Source: Lingula anatina (Eukaryota; Animalia; Brachiopoda). From it: a DNA stretch of 64,000 nucleotides. Location: the NCBI GenBank assembly GCA_051362555.1, contig JBPQGU010000013.1, positions 1 to 64,000 on the forward strand, written 5' to 3'. Position 1 is the first letter of the stretch. The number at the start of each line of letters is the position of its first letter. The notes under the pieces were generated by a model, which was not told where the DNA came from, ran no database searches, and was given only the letters and a program-made list of their open reading frames with translations. Positions 48,670 to 59,257 of the stretch are shown here, piece after piece. The translations under genes were made by a program, and so were the position numbers.

Positions 48670-51600
48670 AATTTCTTTAAGAAAATGTATTAAGTGTCAT
48701 ATTTCCCCCCTCCGTTTTTCAGGTAGCCAAAAAGCTGGCAGGAGAGGCTGCAGGCTCAGCTGCCTGGTGCACCAACGTGGGCAATGAACACGGCCAGGTA
48801 CTGACCTCAGTACTCACTGCTCAGGAGGGAGCTGGCCCTGACCAGATGGCCCAGGGCCTCGTGAGGCGGTACCAGCTCAGTGAACAGCCTCCACCCAAGG
48901 TGATGTATGTTTGACAGGGACTGCTGCTCCACCTCCGGTCCCTGCAATGTCAAGAAGCTGTTTGCTGGGCTGGCCCCATCTGGTGGTGCGACTGGACGTG
49001 TGGCACTTCATGCGCAGGTTCGCCTCCTGTGTCACCACGGAAAGCCACCCACTATACGCCGTCTTCATGAAGAAGTTGTCTGCCTGCATTTTTGAGTGGG
49101 ACGCAGATGATCTGGCAGCACTTCGAGATGCCAAGCTGGGCCAACTACAACTACAGGGCGCTGGCGTCAGCCCAGACAACATCATGCAGCACATCTCGCG
49201 CAAGGAGTTAGAGAAACACTGCCGTCGCCGCACCCGCGGTGTAGCTGAAACCACTCGTCTCTTGCAGTCGTGGTCGACACGCTGGACAGTGATCAGGGGT
49301 GCGACGCGCTAGGAGTACCTCTCCTTGATCACGAGAGAGTGCAAGACATGTGGGCCTCTCAACAGCGCCACATACCATGCTCCAGGACGTCGAAGGGGTC
49401 TCTCTGTACACCCAGACTGGAACTCTGGAGGAAGGGCGGGAAGGAGCTGAAGGTCTACAGGTGTGCGAGGGGCTCAGTTTCCCTGGAGAGCTTCCATTCT
49501 CATATTGTTAGATTCATTCCGGTAAGCACAACCACACACACCGACAGACTGCTTGGTTACCTGAAAGTAGATTTAAAATCACTTTAGACTGACTTAATTT
49601 TGATGCAATTGGTACTTGTTAAATTAAACTTAACATTTTTGTTGAAAATTTGTGGTTATTGAACACTTGCAGCTAATTTTCTCCTTTTTTTCTTGTTTTT
49701 AACAGGACAAAGTGCCTCTGCCACAAATTTCCAAGCCTACATCCTGGAAGGAATTGTTCGGTGGAACCAGGATCGTGCGCTGGCCGCAATTGACAATGGG
49801 GACACCGAACTTCGCTTGCTATGATGGACAGCTCGTCCAGGCAGTGAACCATCTTGGGAGAACGGGTGCTTGCAATACATCGTGCCAAATGCTGTGTCCC
49901 CAGGAATACACTGGTAATTAAAGTGATTTTAGGTTTCGTGTAATTTATAGGAATATAATTAGTTTAGATGTAATTGCAGCCAAGAAATTATTTTTGGAAA
50001 AAATAAATAAATAAATAAATAAATAAATACATGAAAAAAAAAATGAGGCCTGCTACTAATATTCTCTCATTTCTCTCTTTACTTCCAGGTGAGCTTCTAG
50101 GTGCGAGTACCTGCTCGATCAGACGGGAAAGGCCCTAGAACCTGTAAAACTGGACCCAGATGCACCCGAGGAGGAGGTTGTCGAGGACAGTGGAGGAAGA
50201 TGCTGATGATGAGGGGTTCTCTGAAGACTGTGATCCCACAATTGCAGATGCTGACGAGGACCCTGTATTCCACATCCCTCCCAGACCCACACACCTCCTC
50301 CGTGACAGAGGCAACCAATACCTCTCCACCCAGAGAAGGTAAATTTTTAGATTATTACTATTGTAATTATTATTATTATTTCTTTATTATTATTATTATT
50401 TTTCTTTATATGTTAATTCCAGATATGTAGCTATGCAAGTCAGTTGCCCTGTTCTGTTCACACAAGGTTATTTTATTTATTTTTTTTTTTTTCAGGTGAT
50501 ATTTCTTTTTTCCCCTCCCCCCTCATTATATCGGCATATTTTTTTTTTACTTCCAGAAGAGGTGCCCCTTGAAGAACCAACACCCAAGGTAGATGAGATC
50601 TTCAGAGTCAGTGGACAGACATCATATCCCCGGTTATGATGCCGTAACGAAGCTGGCTTCTGTACTCGTCTCCCTACGTACCATCGAGAGGGAGTGCCTC
50701 CTAACCGAAGATGTGGAGAAGATAATCCACCACTGGGAGGCGTTGCCAGAAATGGACAAACAACGCCTCCGTTACACTCCACACTTCAAGAGGAGGCACA
50801 CAAAGGGGCGGATTTGCCTCTTCCAAGAACACCATCACTCCTGGGGTGGAGAGTGTCAAGAAGTAAGTTTTTTTTTTTTTTTTTTCAGCTAAGATTGTAT
50901 TAACACTTATTTTTCAGAAGATATTGGCATGAAATAGACCAAATAATAATAATAATAATAATAATAATACAAGAAAAAATTAAGTTTTTCCTTTGTACTT
51001 TCAGGTGCATGCTGGGGACTGGCACCCCTGCGCGTGAGCCCTTCCGAATCCAGGGTAGTGGAGGGCCGTCATAATTGCAACTAATGGAGGCCCATGATGC
51101 TCCGTGGAAGGGAGGCAAAAGACAACACCCGTGGGGAGTCATCATGCGGGACTATGAGAGGATCACCAGGCTCCTTTTCAACAACGCCCGTGTGATGGAA
51201 AAAAACAACCCTCCAAGCTCTTCTCCATAAACATGAGGGACACTACATACATAGGTAATTTCTCAACTGACTCGACTGTCACAGGCAACATTGTAAAATG
51301 TTAATTCCTCACATTAAATTAGATTCCTGAAAAGTCACCAATTAAACTGATACAATGATATTGCTAGTGCTGTTTTTTTTTTTTTTTTCCAATTTCATTT
51401 CAGTTTTTATTTTTTATTTTCTTTCAGATTTAAGAATATTTAAAGATTATTTCCTGATTATTCTTTTTTTTTCTTTTCTTCCATAGGCACAACAGGACTA
51501 CAGATGAGCAGTACAGGGCCTCCCTTCTACAGGGGATGTCCCTGCCCGCTCCTCCTGCAACAGCAACAACACCGCTGCCTGCTGCCAGGCAGCTGCTACG

Positions 51601-51695
51601 CGCGGCTGCCAGTGCCCTCTGGAACACCGCACCAGTACCACCTGCCTAAAGACACCACAGGCACAGCGGTGCTGAGAAGAGATGGGGAAGAGAAG
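44623..51695 (+). mobile_element. Dada-U6-like transposon, unit 3, truncated in its last coding exon
   Basis: Same sequence from ATG 44843, with many 1-nt indels that increase toward the break at the GAA repeat (51695). Confidence 0.75.
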
Positions 51696-51843
51696 ATTAT
51701 TATTAAATTTACATTTACTTAATTTATAGATTTCTCAATTATATTTATAAGTTTTAAGACTAGAAGAAAGACCAACAAACTTTTTTTCATATTTCACAAC
51801 CAGTTTATTACAGAGTAGTATCTTAAAATCATACATTTTTATT

Positions 51844-53766
51844 TTAATTACATGCTCTCTTTGAATAGCTATGATCAGGAATTACAAGTTTTGGCATAGA
51901 TATGCATCTTCTGTAGTCATTATTACTTTTCAATGCTTTAGATCTGTCATATCTTCTGTAACGGCTAAGGATTCTCTGTCTAGCTCTTAACTTAAATGCA
52001 ACTGTCTTTTTGTGATTTACTCTCATTTTCATCTGTTTTTCATCTTTCTCCAGATATTTAACAACTGAAGAAGTGGGCCTAACACCAACAGAGGCCATCT
52101 TACACAAAGTGGATTGCTTAAGTCCATTATTCCTCAAGTGAACTGCACTGTGAATCCTGCCTTCGAAGTTCCGTGAAAAGGTGACAACTTTATTATTAGT
52201 TTTCTGAAATGTCCGGTTTAAAGACTCCACTTTTTGTGTGTTGGTATTAAGTTTTGTTGATTCAATTGCCCTTGGGCCCAGTCTATAATTTAGGCACTGT
52301 CTTAAGATGTGCACATCTTCAGAGTTGCTAAAGTCTAGTTTGCCTTTCTCAGGGAAAATAGTTTCCGTGCCACCTTTGCATACATAAGAATACTTTAAGC
52401 AGTTTTCACAATCACCGTTGTAACAACTAATTATAGAGTCAGTGACATAACTCAGTGCTCTTTTAATCAATTCTATGTCCCCTTTATTTGCTTTATAGCA
52501 GGCATCGAATTCAGCATAACAGCGCATTGCTATGCACTGAGCAAAGCGTTTCTGCATCTTGTCTCTGGAGTACTTTGTTTTCCCTGGGAAAACTTGACCG
52601 GAAAATGGTGCTTTTTCAATTTGCTTTTTCAGAGCTTTACTGAAGTGGCGCGTGTCCCGAAGACTTTCGACATCATCACATGCAGAGTGGGCTCGGCTAT
52701 CACCATCAGTGGTCAAGGCACCAACTGTGACCTCTCCAGAAATTTCCTCGAGGATCTGCTGCATGGCACGTTTCTCGTCTCCAATACTGTCGTCTTCCCG
52801 TAGATTCGCCGTGCAGATACCACTGTGCTCTGGACAGGATACATCTTCCCCTCTACTTTTAAGCAGGTGAGCTGTGTGGCATAACTTGTTTCCGGTGTAA
52901 ACACCAATGATGTCTTTTTTGCTGGTTACATTTTCTGCAACGGTGTATACAGTCTGAGTGGCTGGCTGGTATGGTGTTTTGTTCCCTCCACTAAACAGAC
53001 TATTATTATATCTGCCATCTCCTTCCACTGCTATGGGCTGTCCTTCACACCCTCTCAGATCTTGAATGCGGCGTAGATTCTCACGGCGCTGTTGCATGTC
53101 AGCTTTGTTAAGCTTGGTTATAGCAGCACCGACTTTATTTGCTTGCTTTTGCATGGATGATGCACTGGGCGGGGTCACATTGGTCGCCATTAGAATCTGC
53201 CTCATGGCCGTGTTGGAGATCATGTTTTGTGACAGGCCTACTTGCAAGCCTGCATTCACCGTTGCTGCTCTCCTGCCACGCTGCTTGCTCTCGACTTCAT
53301 TGTACAATTTCTGTTTCCCTGTCCTGTACTGACACGTGTCACATTTTAGTCCCATTGACCAAGCCACTCCCCACTTGCTTTCTGCCTCTCTGTCCCAAAC
53401 CATTGAGCCAGTGCACTCAGCTGTATGCTCTGACAAGACTTTGTTGACCAGATTGACAATTTTTTCTGGTGAAACCAACTTGTATTCATCATCTGGGGGT
53501 TGGGGCTGGCTGCTGGACAAACTCTCTGACTGGGCCCTCCTAGGTCTGAGGATGACGGGTGCATCAGGGTTGCTGCTGAGGGTTGCTGGCGGCCCGACAG
53601 GGGGTGGAGAGGAGGCTGCCTGGTACAACTCTTGGCTGGGTCTGATGTATCTTCTCACAATAGGCTCTGGAGGCTGGTCAGACTTCTGTCTTGCATGGTA
53701 TAGCTTGTGTCCCTTCACAAATACACTTTTTCTTCGTTTTTTCCAGCTACCTTTACCGTACGGCAT
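51844..53766 (-). CDS. Kolobok-type DDE transposase (640 aa from MPYGKG), copy 1
   Basis: H..C/C..C zinc motif, VEGDGRYN (D1), NKLC..C..H..CTAN, TTDGDS (D2), DTRH (DxxH), NTQKVESLNR (E), GRIHSAVH..NNG. TATA-like CTATAAAA ~50 bp upstream. Confidence 0.85.
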   Translation of the reverse strand: MPYGKGSWKKRRKSVFVKGHKLYHARQKSDQPPEPIVRRYIRPSQELYQAASSPPPVGPPATLSSNPDAPVILRPRRAQSESLSSSQPQPPDDEYKLVSPEKIVNLVNKVLSEHTAECTGSMVWDREAESKWGVAWSMGLKCDTCQYRTGKQKLYNEVESKQRGRRAATVNAGLQVGLSQNMISNTAMRQILMATNVTPPSASSMQKQANKVGAAITKLNKADMQQRRENLRRIQDLRGCEGQPIAVEGDGRYNNSLFSGGNKTPYQPATQTVYTVAENVTSKKDIIGVYTGNKLCHTAHLLKSRGEDVSCPEHSGICTANLREDDSIGDEKRAMQQILEEISGEVTVGALTTDGDSRAHSACDDVESLRDTRHFSKALKKQIEKAPFSGQVFPGKTKYSRDKMQKRFAQCIAMRCYAEFDACYKANKGDIELIKRALSYVTDSIISCYNGDCENCLKYSYVCKGGTETIFPEKGKLDFSNSEDVHILRQCLNYRLGPRAIESTKLNTNTQKVESLNRTFQKTNNKVVTFSRNFEGRIHSAVHLRNNGLKQSTLCKMASVGVRPTSSVVKYLEKDEKQMKMRVNHKKTVAFKLRARQRILSRYRRYDRSKALKSNNDYRRCISMPKLVIPDHSYSKRACN

Positions 53767-55026
53767 GGTGGATAGAAAGTGACTTCTGAGTCCAGAGGCA
53801 GAGACAGGGCATTTTATAGCATCAGCTGCCCATTGTCTCTCCCAGGTGTGCAGGAAAGCAGGATACATTACAACAAAAGGTATGAACAGTGATTGGTAGT
53901 GGGGTTTCCTGTAAACAGCAAACTGCATGGCCCCAGTGCAGGAGGGGGGTATACAGCTTAGCAGTGAGTATTGTTCTGCAGGGAGGGACAAGAAGCTCAT
54001 TTCCTGTATCCTCACAACAAACACAAACAAACATAAACAACAGTTGTGACAATTAACCTTGCACTTGAGTTTAAGTAATTTTTAGATATTTTAAAATATT
54101 TTTATTAGTAATTTTCCACTTTTCACATTTTATTTCTCAACAAAGTGCACTTAAACTAGGCCCAACCAGTTAAGATGCTTATCTCAGATTTTCACACCTG
54201 TCCAGCATAAGGTGTCCAAATTTCAAAACAATTGAAACAAATTCAGGCACAGAAATGTACATTTAACTTTTTATCACTCATGAAATTATGCTTTCTCACC
54301 AGGTGCAATGTTGGCTAGAGTGGCCGATACAGCAACCACATTTTCAACTTGACAGGGCTCAGTCATCAAGAGACCGTTCTCAGTCATATTGGGCGGAGCA
54401 GTTGGCAGTGTATTAAGGTTTTAATTTTTGGTGTCAGAAGGTAAGAACAGGGGGGGTGGTTTGTGTGAAGGGCAGAAACCTCCAAATCAACCAATCAGCA
54501 CCTGTTATAGACGAATATAGTTCAGTGAGAAAAAATGAGTGCTTTTTTCCATTTTTTTCCTGGCATTTCTTGTGTGTTGCTAGGGTTAATTTTGGTATCA
54601 ACTAGCAGAGTAGGGTGTTAACTACTGCCAGTTTTTTTTTCAGGACCAGGCACAGGTGCAGTGCAGTCGTGAGACCTCTGGCGGAAGGGTCTACTGACTG
54701 TGAGTGGTGCAGTGGTTTGTTTACAAACAGAGGGGTGCACATGTTCAAGTGATGCCGGTAAGACAGCGGAGTTGATGACAGTATATTTTTTTGCCATTTG
54801 GAGTTATGTCAGTGTGTCTGCTGTCCATGGAGATGGGAAATGTTTCCCAGAGTTATTTTCTTTATGCAGTTTTGCAGGCATTTCTTAGTATGGTCGTCAA
54901 TGGGAAATATTTTGGTGGTTTCTCCCCTGAACAGGAAAAGTGACAACTGTTCACTTTTGGCTTAGTTTCTAAATTTAGAGCAGCACAGGCCATAAAAGGG
55001 TGCTCTTGCATCATTTCACACAAAAA

Positions 55027-55392
55027 ATGGCTAATGACCAGTTCTAGGATGTATATCTTGCGAAATTACATGCAAAATTGCATAACACACAGGAGGGATA
55101 CTGTTGGCTGTGGACTGGGGGCACCAGTTGTTCCAGTGGGGCCCGTTATGGGTTATGGAGGGTTACATTTCCTGGGGCTAGACACTCTGTTACTGTTGGA
55201 GTGCACAGGGTGGCATTTATGCTTAGGAGAGGGTTTTACACATTCCACCCGTGTGGAGTCGGTCTGTGCTGTAACCCCGATCATCTCACAGCAGAGCCTC
55301 AATGAATCAACAATAACAGATTACATTGTCGTAATGTGGGCAGGTGCCTCAGACACAGACGGGGGCCAAATTGTGTACATGATAATTATTAA
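55027..55392 (+). pseudogene. His-Me finger (I-PpoI-like) homing endonuclease with two in-frame stops, copy 1
   Basis: MANDQF*DVYLAKL..GYCWLWTG..RYG..VHRVAFML..FHPCGVGLCCNPDHLTAEPQ*INNNRLHCRNVGRCLRHRRGPNC; TAG at 55045-55047, TGA at 55303-55305. CATAAAA ~35 bp upstream. Confidence 0.85.
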
Positions 55393-55550
55393 TATTATTG
55401 TTATTATTATTAAATTTACATTTACTTAATTTATAGATTTCTCAATTATATTTATAAGTTTTAAGACTAGAAGAAAGACCAACAAACTTTTTTTCATATT
55501 TCACAACCAGTTTATTACAGAGTAGTATCTTAAAATCATACATTTTTATT

Positions 55551-57473
55551 TTAATTACATGCTCTCTTTGAATAGCTATGATCAGGAATTACAAGTTTTG
55601 GCATAGATATGCATCTTCTGTAGTCATTATTACTTTTCAATGCTTTAGATCTGTCATATCTTCTGTAACGGCTAAGGATTCTCTGTCTAGCTCTTAACTT
55701 AAATGCAACTGTCTTTTTGTGATTTACTCTCATTTTCATCTGTTTTTCATCTTTCTCCAGATATTTAACAACTGAAGAAGTGGGCCTAACACCAACAGAG
55801 GCCATCTTACACAAAGTGGATTGCTTAAGTCCATTATTCCTCAAGTGAACTGCACTGTGAATCCTGCCTTCGAAGTTCCGTGAAAAGGTGACAACTTTAT
55901 TATTAGTTTTCTGAAATGTCCGGTTTAAAGACTCCACTTTTTGTGTGTTGGTATTAAGTTTTGTTGATTCAATTGCCCTTGGGCCCAGTCTATAATTTAG
56001 GCACTGTCTTAAGATGTGCACATCTTCAGAGTTGCTAAAGTCTAGTTTGCCTTTCTCAGGGAAAATAGTTTCCGTGCCACCTTTGCATACATAAGAATAC
56101 TTTAAGCAGTTTTCACAATCACCGTTGTAACAACTAATTATAGAGTCAGTGACATAACTCAGTGCTCTTTTAATCAATTCTATGTCCCCTTTATTTGCTT
56201 TATAGCAGGCATCGAATTCAGCATAACAGCGCATTGCTATGCACTGAGCAAAGCGTTTCTGCATCTTGTCTCTGGAGTACTTTGTTTTCCCTGGGAAAAC
56301 TTGACCGGAAAATGGTGCTTTTTCAATTTGCTTTTTCAGAGCTTTACTGAAGTGGCGCGTGTCCCGAAGACTTTCGACATCATCACATGCAGAGTGGGCT
56401 CGGCTATCACCATCAGTGGTCAAGGCACCAACTGTGACCTCTCCAGAAATTTCCTCGAGGATCTGCTGCATGGCACGTTTCTCGTCTCCAATACTGTCGT
56501 CTTCCCGTAGATTCGCCGTGCAGATACCACTGTGCTCTGGACAGGATACATCTTCCCCTCTACTTTTAAGCAGGTGAGCTGTGTGGCATAACTTGTTTCC
56601 GGTGTAAACACCAATGATGTCTTTTTTGCTGGTTACATTTTCTGCAACGGTGTATACAGTCTGAGTGGCTGGCTGGTATGGTGTTTTGTTCCCTCCACTA
56701 AACAGACTATTATTATATCTGCCATCTCCTTCCACTGCTATGGGCTGTCCTTCACACCCTCTCAGATCTTGAATGCGGCGTAGATTCTCACGGCGCTGTT
56801 GCATGTCAGCTTTGTTAAGCTTGGTTATAGCAGCACCGACTTTATTTGCTTGCTTTTGCATGGATGATGCACTGGGCGGGGTCACATTGGTCGCCATTAG
56901 AATCTGCCTCATGGCCGTGTTGGAGATCATGTTTTGTGACAGGCCTACTTGCAAGCCTGCATTCACCGTTGCTGCTCTCCTGCCACGCTGCTTGCTCTCG
57001 ACTTCATTGTACAATTTCTGTTTCCCTGTCCTGTACTGACACGTGTCACATTTTAGTCCCATTGACCAAGCCACTCCCCACTTGCTTTCTGCCTCTCTGT
57101 CCCAAACCATTGAGCCAGTGCACTCAGCTGTATGCTCTGACAAGACTTTGTTGACCAGATTGACAATTTTTTCTGGTGAAACCAACTTGTATTCATCATC
57201 TGGGGGTTGGGGCTGGCTGCTGGACAAACTCTCTGACTGGGCCCTCCTAGGTCTGAGGATGACGGGTGCATCAGGGTTGCTGCTGAGGGTTGCTGGCGGC
57301 CCGACAGGGGGTGGAGAGGAGGCTGCCTGGTACAACTCTTGGCTGGGTCTGATGTATCTTCTCACAATAGGCTCTGGAGGCTGGTCAGACTTCTGTCTTG
57401 CATGGTATAGCTTGTGTCCCTTCACAAATACACTTTTTCTTCGTTTTTTCCAGCTACCTTTACCGTACGGCAT
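55551..57473 (-). CDS. Kolobok-type DDE transposase, copy 2
   Basis: Identical translation to copy 1. Confidence 0.85.
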   Translation of the reverse strand: MPYGKGSWKKRRKSVFVKGHKLYHARQKSDQPPEPIVRRYIRPSQELYQAASSPPPVGPPATLSSNPDAPVILRPRRAQSESLSSSQPQPPDDEYKLVSPEKIVNLVNKVLSEHTAECTGSMVWDREAESKWGVAWSMGLKCDTCQYRTGKQKLYNEVESKQRGRRAATVNAGLQVGLSQNMISNTAMRQILMATNVTPPSASSMQKQANKVGAAITKLNKADMQQRRENLRRIQDLRGCEGQPIAVEGDGRYNNSLFSGGNKTPYQPATQTVYTVAENVTSKKDIIGVYTGNKLCHTAHLLKSRGEDVSCPEHSGICTANLREDDSIGDEKRAMQQILEEISGEVTVGALTTDGDSRAHSACDDVESLRDTRHFSKALKKQIEKAPFSGQVFPGKTKYSRDKMQKRFAQCIAMRCYAEFDACYKANKGDIELIKRALSYVTDSIISCYNGDCENCLKYSYVCKGGTETIFPEKGKLDFSNSEDVHILRQCLNYRLGPRAIESTKLNTNTQKVESLNRTFQKTNNKVVTFSRNFEGRIHSAVHLRNNGLKQSTLCKMASVGVRPTSSVVKYLEKDEKQMKMRVNHKKTVAFKLRARQRILSRYRRYDRSKALKSNNDYRRCISMPKLVIPDHSYSKRACN

Positions 57474-58733
57474 GGTGGATAGAAAGTGACTTCTGAGTCC
57501 AGAGGCAGAGACAGGGCATTTTATAGCATCAGCTGCCCATTGTCTCTCCCAGGTGTGCAGGAAAGCAGGATACATTACAACAAAAGGTATGAACAGTGAT
57601 TGGTAGTGGGGTTTCCTGTAAACAGCAAACTGCATGGCCCCAGTGCAGGAGGGGGGTATACAGCTTAGCAGTGAGTATTGTTCTGCAGGGAGGGACAAGA
57701 AGCTCATTTCCTGTATCCTCACAACAAACACAAACAAACATAAACAACAGTTGTGACAATTAACCTTGCACTTGAGTTTAAGTAATTTTTAGATATTTTA
57801 AAATATTTTTATTAGTAATTTTCCACTTTTCACATTTTATTTCTCAACAAAGTGCACTTAAACTAGGCCCAACCAGTTAAGATGCTTATCTCAGATTTTC
57901 ACACCTGTCCAGCATAAGGTGTCCAAATTTCAAAACAATTGAAACAAATTCAGGCACAGAAATGTACATTTAACTTTTTATCACTCATGAAATTATGCTT
58001 TCTCACCAGGTGCAATGTTGGCTAGAGTGGCCGATACAGCAACCACATTTTCAACTTGACAGGGCTCAGTCATCAAGAGACCGTTCTCAGTCATATTGGG
58101 CGGAGCAGTTGGCAGTGTATTAAGGTTTTAATTTTTGGTGTCAGAAGGTAAGAACAGGGGGGGTGGTTTGTGTGAAGGGCAGAAACCTCCAAATCAACCA
58201 ATCAGCACCTGTTATAGACGAATATAGTTCAGTGAGAAAAAATGAGTGCTTTTTTCCATTTTTTTCCTGGCATTTCTTGTGTGTTGCTAGGGTTAATTTT
58301 GGTATCAACTAGCAGAGTAGGGTGTTAACTACTGCCAGTTTTTTTTTCAGGACCAGGCACAGGTGCAGTGCAGTCGTGAGACCTCTGGCGGAAGGGTCTA
58401 CTGACTGTGAGTGGTGCAGTGGTTTGTTTACAAACAGAGGGGTGCACATGTTCAAGTGATGCCGGTAAGACAGCGGAGTTGATGACAGTATATTTTTTTG
58501 CCATTTGGAGTTATGTCAGTGTGTCTGCTGTCCATGGAGATGGGAAATGTTTCCCAGAGTTATTTTCTTTATGCAGTTTTGCAGGCATTTCTTAGTATGG
58601 TCGTCAATGGGAAATATTTTGGTGGTTTCTCCCCTGAACAGGAAAAGTGACAACTGTTCACTTTTGGCTTAGTTTCTAAATTTAGAGCAGCACAGGCCAT
58701 AAAAGGGTGCTCTTGCATCATTTCACACAAAAA

Positions 58734-59099
58734 ATGGCTAATGACCAGTTCTAGGATGTATATCTTGCGAAATTACATGCAAAATTGCATAACACACAGG
58801 AGGGATACTGTTGGCTGTGGACTGGGGGCACCAGTTGTTCCAGTGGGGCCCGTTATGGGTTATGGAGGGTTACATTTCCTGGGGCTAGACACTCTGTTAC
58901 TGTTGGAGTGCACAGGGTGGCATTTATGCTTAGGAGAGGGTTTTACACATTCCACCCGTGTGGAGTCGGTCTGTGCTGTAACCCCGATCATCTCACAGCA
59001 GAGCCTCAATGAATCAACAATAACAGATTACATTGTCGTAATGTGGGCAGGTGCCTCAGACACAGACGGGGGCCAAATTGTGTACATGATAATTATTAA
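58734..59099 (+). pseudogene. His-Me finger endonuclease with the same two stops, copy 2
   Basis: Same sequence as 55027-55392 at +3707. Confidence 0.85.
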
Positions 59100-59257
59100 T
59101 ATTATTGTTATTATTATTAAATTTACATTTACTTAATTTATAGATTTCTCAATTATATTTATAAGTTTTAAGACTAGAAGAAAGACCAACAAACTTTTTT
59201 TCATATTTCACAACCAGTTTATTACAGAGTAGTATCTTAAAATCATACATTTTTATT

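Noticed and set aside
51696-51720. Kolobok insertion into Dada unit 3
   Set aside because: The junction is inside the Kolobok internal region, with no terminus or TTAA-like TSD.
53767-54030. 88-aa N-terminal extension of the 728-aa ORF
   Set aside because: It uses a non-ATG start and crosses a TATA-like box; the ATG at 53766 (MPYGKG) is the likelier start.
55034-55429. 131-aa + strand ORF as the second gene of the Kolobok unit
   Set aside because: No recognisable motifs; the overlapping frame 55027-55392 carries the His-Me signature.
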